Shown one piece after another: positions 25,033-33,867 of a stretch of DNA of 64,000 nt. The DNA lies in assembly GCA_910585785.1 (NCBI GenBank), contig CAJUEV010000008.1:682-64681 (forward strand), given 5' to 3'. Position 1 is the first letter of the stretch. The number at the start of each line of letters is the position of its first letter. The translations under genes were made by a program, and so were the position numbers. The DNA is from an uncultured Christensenella sp. GTDB lineage: Bacteria > Bacillota > Clostridia > Christensenellales > Borkfalkiaceae. The notes under the pieces are model-generated. The model did no database searches. It had not been told where the DNA came from and saw nothing but the letters and a program-made list of their open reading frames with translations.

Positions 25033-26222
25033 TTTTTCTCCGTTTTCAAATATTCGCTTACGCCTTTTGCAAAGCGGTTTAGCCCGTCTTTAAGCGTTTG
25101 CATAGGGCACGCCGCGTTTATACGCACAAAAGTTTTGCCGTTGCCGCGATATTGGTTGCCCGCCGTAATATACAGCCCCGTCCTTTCGCGAATAAATCCG
25201 CACAAACTTTCCGCGTCCGCGGTAACCGCCGTGCAATCAATCCACAAAAGATAGGTTGCCTCCGCCTTGACAAGTTTTGTCTGCGGCAAATTCTCCTTTA
25301 AAAATTTTTCCGCAAAAGCGCGGTTTTTAAACAGGTATTCGCGCAAACCGTCCAGCCAGTCGCCGCCCTCGGTAAGCGCCGCCACCGTTGCGTCCACGGC
25401 AAAAGCGTTGGGCTCCGCCACCTCGTCGCTGTTTAGCCCGCGAAAAACTTTATTGCGCAAATTTTCGTCTGCAACGAAAACCGCAGCGGACTGCAATCCC
25501 GCAAGGTTAAACGCCTTGCTTGCGGCAACGCAGTTAATGCTTATTTGCCTGCATTCTTCCGAAGCGGCGGCAAACGGTGTATAGGCGCAATCCGGCGCTG
25601 TAAGGTCGCAATGAATTTCGTCCGAAAGCACGGTAACGCCGTATTTTTTGCACAGCGCGCCTATTCTTGCAAGTTCGTCGGCAGTAGGCACCTTGCCCGC
25701 GGGATTGAGCGGGTTGCACAAAATCATCATTGTGGTCAGCGGGTCGGCAAGCTTTTTTTCCAAATCTTCAAAGTCGAAAAAGTATTTTTCGCCGTCGTAT
25801 CCAAGCCTGTTTTCCAAAACGTGCCTGCCCGCGTTTTCAACCGAATGAAAAAAAATATCGTAAACGGGCGTCTGCAAAACTACGTTGTCTCCGTGGTTGG
25901 TAACGCGCTTAACCGCGCTTGAAATTGCGGGAATAACCCCCGTGCAAAAACTAAGCCACTCCCTTTTTATTTCGATGTTATGGCGGGACTTCCCCCAGCC
26001 TATAATTGCGTTGTACCACTCGTCGGGAACGATTTGGTAGCCGAATATGCCCTGTTTAAGCTTGTTTTCAAGCGCGCGAATAACGGCGGGCGCGGCTTTA
26101 AAGTCCATATCCGCAACCCACATAGGCAACTCGTTTTCAGCCACGTCCCATTTAAGCGAGTTTGTGTTGCGCCTTTGCGCAGGCTCGTCAAAACAATATT
26201 TCACGACGCTTTCTCCGTACAT
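25029..26222 (-). CDS. MalY/PatB-family PLP-dependent C-S lyase (cystathionine beta-lyase-like aminotransferase)
   Basis: RRNTNSLKWD N-terminal signature and PLP lysine context AASKAFNLAGL. Confidence 0.85.
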   Translation of the reverse strand: MYGESVVKYCFDEPAQRRNTNSLKWDVAENELPMWVADMDFKAAPAVIRALENKLKQGIFGYQIVPDEWYNAIIGWGKSRHNIEIKREWLSFCTGVIPAISSAVKRVTNHGDNVVLQTPVYDIFFHSVENAGRHVLENRLGYDGEKYFFDFEDLEKKLADPLTTMMILCNPLNPAGKVPTADELARIGALCKKYGVTVLSDEIHCDLTAPDCAYTPFAAASEECRQISINCVAASKAFNLAGLQSAAVFVADENLRNKVFRGLNSDEVAEPNAFAVDATVAALTEGGDWLDGLREYLFKNRAFAEKFLKENLPQTKLVKAEATYLLWIDCTAVTADAESLCGFIRERTGLYITAGNQYRGNGKTFVRINAACPMQTLKDGLNRFAKGVSEYLKTEKK

Positions 26223-27049
26223 ATTATTTGCGTTGCGTCGGGGTCAACCCTGTCCGCCTCTACTATAAGTTCGCCTATGCCGTCCGCGGTAATTTTTCCG
26301 CCCGCGGGATTTTTTATGCTGTCTACGGCGCCGCATATGTCCGCGTCAACGGTGGAATATTCGAACGCAAGCGTGGTGTTTAAAAGTTTGCAATTTATTA
26401 GTTTAAGATTTTTTATGTAGCAAAGCCCCTGCAAACTTTCAAGCGTGCAGTTTATAAAAGTCATATTCTCGGAATTCCAGCCTAAGTATTCGCCTGAAAT
26501 ATAAGAGTCGAACACTGTCACGTTTTTGCTGTTCCAAAAACTGTCTTTGGACATAAGACGAGAGTTGCGCACAACTACGTTTTCCGCTCCGTCAAAGCAA
26601 TAGTCGCCGGTTAATTCAAGATTTTCCGCGTCCACGTTTTTGCAATTCATAGCGAAGTATGCGCCGTTTGCGGTCACGTTTTTAAGTTTAACTTCGCTGC
26701 AATTCCACAAAGTTTCGGCGGCGTCGGGCATTGTAATATTTTCCAAAACCAAATATCTGCACCGGCGGAAAGTTTTGGGCGCCAGAATAACGCAGTCCGT
26801 AAAACGCGCGTTTTCGGTGTACCATACGCCCGCGCGCGCCGTTTCTGTCAGGCGGCAATTTTCAACGCAAACGTTTTTAGAGTACCACACGGGGTACTTC
26901 CATCTGAATTCGCTGTTTAAAAGTTTTATGTCGGCGCACTCCTTCAACGGAGATTCACCGTCCTTGAAAACGCAGTCCGTTATAAGCGTATCCCGCGCAA
27001 AAAACAGCGCGCGTTCGCCCGTCAGCGTCTTTTTTGAAATTTCTGTCAT
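26201..27049 (-). CDS. DUF3737-like protein (predicted beta-helix repeats)
   Basis: N-terminus LTGERALFFARDTLITDCVFKDGESPLKE...FRWKYPVWY, as in DUF3737 family members. Repetitive N-x-x-x-x-C/N turns. Confidence 0.55.
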   Translation of the reverse strand: MTEISKKTLTGERALFFARDTLITDCVFKDGESPLKECADIKLLNSEFRWKYPVWYSKNVCVENCRLTETARAGVWYTENARFTDCVILAPKTFRRCRYLVLENITMPDAAETLWNCSEVKLKNVTANGAYFAMNCKNVDAENLELTGDYCFDGAENVVVRNSRLMSKDSFWNSKNVTVFDSYISGEYLGWNSENMTFINCTLESLQGLCYIKNLKLINCKLLNTTLAFEYSTVDADICGAVDSIKNPAGGKITADGIGELIVEADRVDPDATQIICTEKAS

Positions 27050-27153
27050 TAAAAATTCTCCTTATCTTCGCGTAAATTCAAGTCGTTATGCAGTCGGCAA
27101 AATATCTATACCGACAATTATAATTATAACCCGCTGCGACAGGCGCAAAACAC

Positions 27154-27627
27154 TTATTGCTCGCGCGAGCATTTTTCCGCGTCTATCGCAAGCGTAAACA
27201 TAAGCGCGTAAAGCGCGTTCGCAGGGTCGGTAACGTCAATAACGTACGTGTCGGTAAAGTTGAAAATTTGTTTGCTTACGGTTGCAACCGTCTTGCCGTC
27301 GGCGCCGTAAATTGCGTAATCCCAGCCCAAAAAGTCGCCTTCAACCGTCCAGCCCTTAAAGTCCAGCTGGTAAGAATGCCGCCACAGGGCAAACCTCTTT
27401 TTTAGCGCGCCTATAAAATTTCCCTTTTCATACAGTTCAAAACGGGGCAAAAACGTAAAAACCGTTTCTTTCACCGTGCCAACGTTCACGCCGAACGCGT
27501 CGTAAATCTGCAATTTATGCCCCCAGGACAATTGCCCGTTGACGGTGAAAACCACCGCCCCGCTTTTATCGTAAATATCGTAACTGTCAAACCACGAAAA
27601 AAATCTCTGCTTAAATAAAAGTTCCAT
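27154..27627 (-). CDS. LURP-one-related / YxjI (tubby C-terminal-like, DUF567) protein
   Basis: MELLFKQRFFSWFDSYDIYDKSG...QLSWGHKLQIYD is the characteristic N-terminus. Start set at MELLF, after GAGGAGAG. Confidence 0.7.
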   Translation of the reverse strand: MELLFKQRFFSWFDSYDIYDKSGAVVFTVNGQLSWGHKLQIYDAFGVNVGTVKETVFTFLPRFELYEKGNFIGALKKRFALWRHSYQLDFKGWTVEGDFLGWDYAIYGADGKTVATVSKQIFNFTDTYVIDVTDPANALYALMFTLAIDAEKCSREQ

Positions 27628-27862
27628 CTTCTCTCCTCGGCGCAACTTGGCGCGCGGCGGCGTTGCAAACGCTTCTTCCTGTATCCGCGCGTTTAATTAC
27701 ACAAATATTTTATCACGTTTTCGGCTTGCCGTCAACAAGCGAAAAAATTGCGTATTTTAAGTTTTTATATTATCGAACGCGCTTTTTTGCAGCATATTAC
27801 GGGGGCAATTAAAAAACCGCGCATATAAGACGCGGCAAAACAAGTTTTGTTTTTATCAAAAT

Positions 27863-28315
27863 TTATTTTATCAGTTGCATTATGTACTTCTTTTCTTTAA
27901 GAGTAATTTTTCCGTCTACGGCGCATATAAGCAGGCAAACCGTAATTATATCGTTTTTCAACTCCTCTGAAAACAGCCCAAGCAAATCAATCAAATCGTT
28001 TGCCGTTCGTTTTAGTTCGTCGCCCTCCGCCCTGAATTTTTTCACCGCCGCTTTCGCCCTTTCATAGTCGAAGTCTTCCCCGAAAAACAGTTTAAGCATT
28101 GGCAGCATAAGCAGATATTCCGCCTCGTCAAGTTTTCCGTCGGCGTAAACGGAAGCAATCAAAAACGTGGCAAGCAGCGCAACCGAATCCGCGGGCTCGT
28201 CCGAAACGGCACGCAAAGCCGGCATTATTTTTGCGGTTTTTGCGGTAATAACCGTACCATATTCAATGGGGTCAAGCGCTTCAACCTGTTTACACAGTTT
28301 ATTGAAATCTTTCAT
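27863..28315 (-). CDS. TerB-like (tellurite-resistance TerB/DjlA_N fold) protein
   Basis: Two ADGKLDEAE / VDGKITLKEKKYI motifs typical of TerB-type helical bundles. Confidence 0.55.
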   Translation of the reverse strand: MKDFNKLCKQVEALDPIEYGTVITAKTAKIMPALRAVSDEPADSVALLATFLIASVYADGKLDEAEYLLMLPMLKLFFGEDFDYERAKAAVKKFRAEGDELKRTANDLIDLLGLFSEELKNDIITVCLLICAVDGKITLKEKKYIMQLIK

Positions 28316-28485
28316 AATTTTTTCTCCTCAGCGTTTGGTTTAACGGCAGGCGCCGCTTTAATTTACGCCATTGTAGCGCCCGCAATTTATAAACAAAAGT
28401 GTTTTCTATGAAATTACTATGAAAGTTTTGCCGTCTGCTCTCACGCAAATTTTACGCCTTTTTACAGGCTTGCCCGTAAAATCGC

Positions 28486-28514
28486 TTGCATTGTTACTCA
28501 ATTGCTGTTATAAT
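28486..28514 (+). promoter_or_regulatory. Promoter for the tRNA-Val/tRNA-Ala operon
   Basis: TTGCAT (28486-28491), 17-bp spacer, TATAAT (28509-28514). The tRNA starts at 28528. Confidence 0.7.
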
Positions 28515-28527
28515 ACCAGCGAAATTC

Positions 28528-28604
<77 letters not shown>

Positions 28605-28652
28605 CCGTTATTTTAATCGTTAGCAGCAATACGGCGGCTTAATTTAATATTC

Positions 28653-28728
28653 GGGGATATAGCACAGTTGGTAGCGCGATACGTTCGCAACGTATAGGTC
28701 AGGGGTTCGAATCCCCTTATCTCCACCA
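28653..28728 (+). tRNA. tRNA-Ala (anticodon CGC)
   Basis: G3:U70 identity pair (GGGGATA/TATCTCC). Anticodon stem ATACG/CGTAT, loop TTCGCAA. T-arm AGGGG-TTCGAAT-CCCCT, encoded CCA. Confidence 0.85.
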
Positions 28729-28730
28729 AT

Positions 28731-28775
28731 AGCGACCTAAATCGAACCACTTTCGGTTAGGTCGCTAAATTTATT
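28731..28775 (+). terminator. Hairpin after tRNA-Ala
   Basis: AGCGACCTAA (28731-28740) pairs with TTAGGTCGCT (28757-28766), followed by AAATTTATTT. Confidence 0.55.
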
Positions 28776-28787
28776 TCGGGAAAAATT

Positions 28788-29273
28788 ATGACTAAGTTAT
28801 TTAAAAATCCAAAAGAGAATGAAATTTTTCCTGTCCTTATAAAATGGAAAAATATTCTATTCTTTACAGGTTATTATTATGATGAAAATGATAATGACTG
28901 TTTGTTTCACACTTTGAATAATATAGAATGTTTCAAAACAATGGACGACCTAAAATCTTTTTGTGAACAAAACAATTTAATTTTAAATAATGAACTTGCT
29001 GAATTTGATTTTGACAAAACAATCACTAATCCGATATATTATAACGATGTCTTAAACAAATGGAATATTTTAAATACAATTTCCTTAAATTTACACATTA
29101 ATTTTGAAGGCAACAAATTGAAATATAACGATGTTTATAATTATCTTTTTGCGTACTGTTTTGCAAAAGAACCTTTACCTGCACTTTATGAAATACCGTA
29201 TGAATATTTCAATATAATTAAATACATTTTTGAAAAGCAATCAGAAATTTTAAAAAGCATTAAGTATTATTAA
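28788..29273 (+). CDS. Hypothetical 161-aa protein
   Basis: Open frame in the AT-rich island, rich in N/Y/K. No motif recognised. Confidence 0.55.
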   Translation: MTKLFKNPKENEIFPVLIKWKNILFFTGYYYDENDNDCLFHTLNNIECFKTMDDLKSFCEQNNLILNNELAEFDFDKTITNPIYYNDVLNKWNILNTISLNLHINFEGNKLKYNDVYNYLFAYCFAKEPLPALYEIPYEYFNIIKYIFEKQSEILKSIKYY

Positions 29274-29481
29274 AATTTCGGTTCTACGTAAGTCAATGTT
29301 TGTCCGTCAATAGAAAAAGAATTTGAACACCGTTTCAAACTCTTTTTTCACGTGCTTGTTTTATCAAGCACCCGCCACAGTGCCAATTTTCGTTTATATA
29401 AAATAATCACTTTATAGTGTCGTGAGGAATTGAAATTTTTGTTATTTTATGATATAATTTATCGAAAGTGAGGATACTAAT

Positions 29482-30171
29482 ATGAATACTTATTATGAAA
29501 AAATCAAGTTTGTAAAAACAAAAGTAGTGTCATATCTTAACGAGATTTACAAAGTTTATGGAAATGAACTTCTTTTGAGATTAGAAGAATACAACCTTTT
29601 ACAGAATAAAAACAACTGTATAGAATCTTCTACTGCAACCGGCTTTATTATTGAAGAGTTCGTTGTATCCAAACTGGAAACCTATTCGCTATCACATAAT
29701 AATATTGATGACATATGTATAAAAAGAATTGAATGCCACGGAACGCAAACTACTAGTTATGATTGTTGCATAAACTATCAAGATGTATTTTTTATGATTA
29801 ATGTTAAGGTTGATAAAGGAAACAATAATGCTATTTCCGCTATCAATATTTTGCATAATGATTATGTTTTAACTAGACCTAACCAAGAAAAATCTTTTCT
29901 CGTCCTAAAAACCAAATATACATTTGGAGCATCTAAAAGATCAAATGAACGTAAAATTCTTGTTAAAGGAATTAGCATATATGCTTTGGAGGAAATTGAT
30001 TTTTCAATAGGTCATAAACAAGACCATAGAAATTGGTCTGAACAGTTTAATCCCGCATCAGGGCGTTTACAAGTTACAAAACGATTTATGGAAAATAACA
30101 AACTTAATGAAGATGAAATATCGTATAATAAAACAAAACAGTTTATAGAAAAAATGTATAATGCACGATAA
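29482..30171 (+). CDS. Putative Type II restriction endonuclease (229 aa)
   Basis: RBS GAGGA. Convergent partner of the C5 methyltransferase. Possible PD-(D/E)xK-like core (IIEEF ... SYDCC ... INVKVDK). The family is not identified from memory. Confidence 0.55.
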   Translation: MNTYYEKIKFVKTKVVSYLNEIYKVYGNELLLRLEEYNLLQNKNNCIESSTATGFIIEEFVVSKLETYSLSHNNIDDICIKRIECHGTQTTSYDCCINYQDVFFMINVKVDKGNNNAISAINILHNDYVLTRPNQEKSFLVLKTKYTFGASKRSNERKILVKGISIYALEEIDFSIGHKQDHRNWSEQFNPASGRLQVTKRFMENNKLNEDEISYNKTKQFIEKMYNAR

Positions 30172-30175
30172 GACA

Positions 30176-30210
30176 GACGAAGGGTTAATTAAACAGCCCT
30201 TCGTCTTTTT
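30176..30210. terminator. Bidirectional terminator between the convergent R and M genes
   Basis: GACGAAGGG (30176-30184) pairs with CCCTTCGTC (30197-30205), followed by TTTTT. Confidence 0.7.
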
Positions 30211-30211
30211 A

Positions 30212-31477
30212 CTACTTGTTTTTATTCAAATTTTTCATTATAGCAATTCCTATTGCTTTTCCGAGCAACGGTGGAACGGCATTCCCTATTTGAACAAGTT
30301 GGTCTTTTTTAACACCCTTAAAAACAAATATATCAGGGAACGATTGTAGTGCTGCTAATTCTCTTGGCGTTAAAACTCTCGGTAATAACGGGTGTAGATT
30401 TACTCCGCCATGATTTTCTTTTATCGTGCAAGACGGTTTATCCCAAGGCGATTTCTTCCAAGCATCTGAATAATTCCCGAATAAACTATTACCTTCTGGT
30501 ACTTCCATTATTCTTTGTTGCATTTCTTGGCTATGCTTTGTGAAAATATGATTAAAGTATTTATTTTCTGGTAAATTAATAAATCGTTTAATTCCTTCTC
30601 CCAGTGTAATATATTTATCGCTCGTTAATAATGGCTTGGGGTAAAAGTTTTTTGCGCCTATACGATTTCCTATAAAAATAACACGTCTTCTTATTTGTGG
30701 AACATAATAATCAGCACTGTTAAGAACTGTAACATTCATCTCGTAGCCGGCTTCTTTGTAGTCTTGAATAATCTTTGCTTCGACTTTTCCGCCAAGCATA
30801 GAGCGTAAGCCTTCCACATTTTCGCAAACTACAAAATCGGGTTTTAGGTGTTTTACTATTTCGAGCATTTCCAAGTATAAACTATTTCTCGGGTCGTCAA
30901 CGACTCGATTTCCTGCCATACTAAACCCTTGACACGGAAAACCGCCGACAATTAAGTGTATGTGCTTATTTTTAACCGATTCATAAAGCGCCTCTTTTGT
31001 TTCCGGCAATCTAATATCCCTCGTTTCCACATTATTATCAAACCCTTTTTTGTCTGAAAAATTATACTTGTACGTTTGAACCGCACAATTTAATATTTCA
31101 ACCGAACCAACAGGTGTAAACCCCGCCATAGTTAAACCACAACTTAATCCGCCAGCACCTGAAAACAGGTCAATAAAATTATATCCATTTCTATATGTTA
31201 CATCATTCCAGCCATCATAGAGCCACTTATCAGAAATATCAATCCAATTTACATCATCTGCCTGTCCATAATTGTCGGCTTCGGCATCATCAAAAATAGA
31301 ATGAAACTCCAAGCATTTCCCTGTAGCCAACCACATTTGTAGTTTGCCATCAGCGATAAAATATCTATTTTGTCTTTTTATTGATGGAAGATTGCCACAC
31401 GCTATATGTCTGCGCACAGTTTTAACGCTTACATTAGCGATTTTTGCAACATCTTCGATAGTATAATATTTTTCCAT
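30212..31477 (-). CDS. DNA (cytosine-5)-methyltransferase with N-terminal HTH (MerR/excisionase-type) domain
   Basis: Motif I FSGAGGLSCGL, motif IV GGFPCQGFS, motif VI CENVEGL, motif VIII QIRRRVIFIG, motif X GNAVPPLLG. N-terminus YYTIEDVAKIANVSVKTVRRHI is an HTH. Start is set at MEKYY (31477) because the upstream ATG lies inside the promoter. Confidence 0.9.
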   Translation of the reverse strand: MEKYYTIEDVAKIANVSVKTVRRHIACGNLPSIKRQNRYFIADGKLQMWLATGKCLEFHSIFDDAEADNYGQADDVNWIDISDKWLYDGWNDVTYRNGYNFIDLFSGAGGLSCGLTMAGFTPVGSVEILNCAVQTYKYNFSDKKGFDNNVETRDIRLPETKEALYESVKNKHIHLIVGGFPCQGFSMAGNRVVDDPRNSLYLEMLEIVKHLKPDFVVCENVEGLRSMLGGKVEAKIIQDYKEAGYEMNVTVLNSADYYVPQIRRRVIFIGNRIGAKNFYPKPLLTSDKYITLGEGIKRFINLPENKYFNHIFTKHSQEMQQRIMEVPEGNSLFGNYSDAWKKSPWDKPSCTIKENHGGVNLHPLLPRVLTPRELAALQSFPDIFVFKGVKKDQLVQIGNAVPPLLGKAIGIAIMKNLNKNK

Positions 31478-31501
31478 AATGAGTGGTGCCTTTTTATGTC
31501 C

Positions 31502-31530
31502 ATTATGCATGAAAAATGTCCACTTGTCAA
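31502..31530 (-). promoter_or_regulatory. Promoter of the methyltransferase gene
   Basis: Minus strand reads TTGACA (31525-31530), 17-bp spacer, CATAAT (31502-31507). Confidence 0.65.
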
Positions 31531-31599
31531 GTTAATTGAAATATTTATTTTTAATGAATAAAATATTCGTTTTAGGTTACTTGCACTCCACCACACTAT

Positions 31600-31636
31600 G
31601 ACCGATAAGAACACCCATCTTGTCGGTCTCTTTTTT
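31600..31636 (+). terminator. Plus-strand intrinsic terminator (probably the displaced native terminator of the tRNA-Val/Ala operon)
   Basis: GACCGATAAGA (31600-31610) pairs with TCTTGTCGGTC (31618-31628), 11 bp with one G-U. Followed by TCTTTTTTGCGCTGTTTTTT. Confidence 0.65.
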
Positions 31637-31771
31637 GCGCTGTTTTTTATAAATACTCGCTGCTTTACGAAATTTGTTTTAATTTACAATTGTATTGAAA
31701 ATGCGTTTTGTTTATGTTATAATATTTCCGCAAATAAACTGCGAAGGAAAAAGCAAATGTAAGAAAAAGCG

Positions 31772-32236
31772 TTGGTCGTAATCGACTTACAAAACGACAT
31801 CACAAAAAACTATAAAGAACTAATAGGCAACGTAAACGCCGCAATTGATTGGGCTGCCGAAAACAATATTCATATAGTCTACATAAAACACAACAACCTA
31901 TCGGAGTTAACCCGCACCTTTAAGCCCGACACGCGCGGGGCGGAATTGGTTACAGATATGAAAATCGCTTCAAACAATATATTTGTAAAGAGCAAAGGCA
32001 ACGCACTCACAAGCGAAGGTTTTTCCGCTTTTATAAATGAAAACGGCATAAAGGAATTTTACATTGCCGGCGCCGACGCCATAGCCTGTGTAAAATCAAC
32101 CTGCTATAATATGACAAAAAGCGGCTATATCGTTCACGTGCTGTCCGACTGTATTACAAGTTACGACAAAACTAAAATCCCCGAAATGCTGAAATATTAT
32201 GAAAGCAAAGGCTGCCGCATAGAAACGCTTGGTTAA
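31772..32236 (+). CDS. Isochorismatase-family cysteine hydrolase (nicotinamidase-like); N-terminus disturbed by TAA at codon 2 of the SD-linked ATG
   Basis: VVIDLQNDI and AGADAIACVKST motifs. AAGGA-N8-ATG (31757) is followed directly by TAA (31760-31762), in frame with the rest of the ORF. The next possible start is TTG 31772. Confidence 0.7.
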   Translation: MVVIDLQNDITKNYKELIGNVNAAIDWAAENNIHIVYIKHNNLSELTRTFKPDTRGAELVTDMKIASNNIFVKSKGNALTSEGFSAFINENGIKEFYIAGADAIACVKSTCYNMTKSGYIVHVLSDCITSYDKTKIPEMLKYYESKGCRIETLG

Positions 32237-32465
32237 TTAAATAATTGAAATAAATTAACCTCATTGTCCCTTACGACACATATACGCAATCTTCGAGTGT
32301 GCGTATTTATTTTGCAACGAGCACACGTCATAACAAATGGGATATGAAAAGAATTATCACGAAAAACAGACCAACAAAATAAAGAGAACAAATTTCTTTG
32401 CTTTCTTGTGAGTTGGTTATTAAATATTTAAGGGCGGAAGATTACCTAACCTCATAGGAGTTGTT

Positions 32466-32906
32466 ATGCGAAATTTTGAAGTTGAAAAAGAAATGTACGA
32501 AATTGCCAAAGAGTTTTTACAAAAGCGCTATCCCGTAGGTTGGGGCGGCGTTGCCGTAGTCCGCACGGAAAAAGGCAATTATTTTACAAGCGTAAGTATA
32601 GAAACCGCAAACGCTTCCGCCGTTTTATGCATAGAAACGGGCGCGATTTTGGAAGCGCATAAATACAATGAAAAAGTTACCCACTGTTTATGTTTGGTAA
32701 GGGACGACGAAAAATCGCCTTTTAAAGTTTTGACTCCTTGCGGAATTTGTCAGGAACGTTTGAGATATTGGGGCGAATCGGTTTTTGCCGCTGTTACTAC
32801 GGACGACGGCTCTTTACTGTTTGTGACGTTAGGCGAACTGCAACCCCACCACTGGTCAAAGGCTTACCCAAGCAGTACTTTGGAACACTTTGAAAAAAAC
32901 AATTGA
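32466..32906 (+). CDS. Cytidine/blasticidin-S deaminase-family zinc deaminase
   Basis: C-x-E motif (VLCIETGAI) and PCGICQE zinc-ligand motif. RBS GGAG. Confidence 0.75.
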   Translation: MRNFEVEKEMYEIAKEFLQKRYPVGWGGVAVVRTEKGNYFTSVSIETANASAVLCIETGAILEAHKYNEKVTHCLCLVRDDEKSPFKVLTPCGICQERLRYWGESVFAAVTTDDGSLLFVTLGELQPHHWSKAYPSSTLEHFEKNN

Positions 32907-32949
32907 AACAGATTTATCGAAATTAAAAAATAAGGGAGAAAAAAAATTT

Positions 32950-33141
32950 ATGGAAAGAAAACTTATTTTAAAAAAGGAAAACTGTCCCCAAAACCACAAG
33001 TGCCCTGCGGTGCGTATCTGCCCTATGGGGGCGCTGTCGCAACAAAACTTTGAAGCGCCCGCGATAGACGCGGAAAAATGTATAAGGTGCGGAAAATGCT
33101 CCGCTTTTTGTCCTAAAAAAGCGCTTGTTTTAGAGGGCTGA
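32950..33141 (+). CDS. Small 4Fe-4S ferredoxin-type protein
   Basis: CPQNHKCPAVRICP and CIRCGKCSAFCP cluster motifs. Start set at MERKL, after AAGGGAG. Confidence 0.7.
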   Translation: MERKLILKKENCPQNHKCPAVRICPMGALSQQNFEAPAIDAEKCIRCGKCSAFCPKKALVLEG

Positions 33142-33185
33142 CTTTAAAAATTTATTGAAGTACGTCGCGTAAACCTTGTGACAAA

Positions 33186-33235
33186 ACGCCGCAGGGCGGA
33201 GAAATAATTTCTCCGCCCTGCGGCGTTTGTTTTTG
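33186..33235 (+). terminator. Intrinsic terminator
   Basis: ACGCCGCAGGGCGGAGAAA-TAA-TTTCTCCGCCCTGCGGCGT followed by TTGTTTTT. Confidence 0.85.
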
Positions 33236-33341
33236 CGTTTACTATGCTTTCAGGCATAATTTAAAAACGTAATTTGATATACTCAAAAATCCCCTTGCAT
33301 ATTTTTTGCAAGCGGTAGTTTAAAAATTTGCCTGAAATTTT

Positions 33342-33560
33342 TCAAGGCAAATTATACTTTTTTTCGAGATTGCCGTCAATTCCGAATTTTTTAGCGTTCT
33401 GCCACAGTTGTATCAACTCCAAACATTCGATATAAGCATACATCTGACCGCATACAAAATCATCCTGCCTATCGCTGTCCGAAGTCAGTTCCGCCAAACT
33501 GTATTGAATCGAACCAATTAGCGTCACCAATACCTGCTCCGCCGTTTCCGTTCGCCGCAT
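33342..33560 (-). CDS. Hypothetical small protein (72 aa)
   Basis: AAAGGGG lies 10 nt before ATG 33560, with a TATAAT hexamer just upstream. No motif recognised. Confidence 0.45.
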   Translation of the reverse strand: MRRTETAEQVLVTLIGSIQYSLAELTSDSDRQDDFVCGQMYAYIECLELIQLWQNAKKFGIDGNLEKKYNLP

Positions 33561-33867
33561 ATTATCCAAACCCCTTTGTGATTATATGTCTTTTATGAAT
33601 AAATTTAGGCGGTATTATTCAGTATGAATACATTAATACATTTTTTTGAAAAATACTGTTGCTTTTTGTTGTCGATTTTTTGTTGTATTTTGTTGGTTTT
33701 TGTTGAAATTTGGCGTATTTTGACGTATTTTGTCGACGGCATAAATATTTTTGTCCGCAATTTGCGATTAATTTAACCGCACGTTTTATCCGTTTTATAA
33801 AATAAACTCCCGCAGCGCAAAGCCGCGGGAGCAACGATTATCAACAAATAACGTCGATTTATTATAT

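Larger units (their letters stand above)
28729..31593. mobile_element. AT-rich mini-island (Type II R-M cassette) inserted right after tRNA-Ala; no recombinase
   Basis: Abrupt change in composition. CTCCACCA (tRNA-Ala 3' end, 28721-28728) is repeated at 31586-31593. The second copy is immediately followed by a plus-strand terminator that no plus-strand gene needs. Confidence 0.5.
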
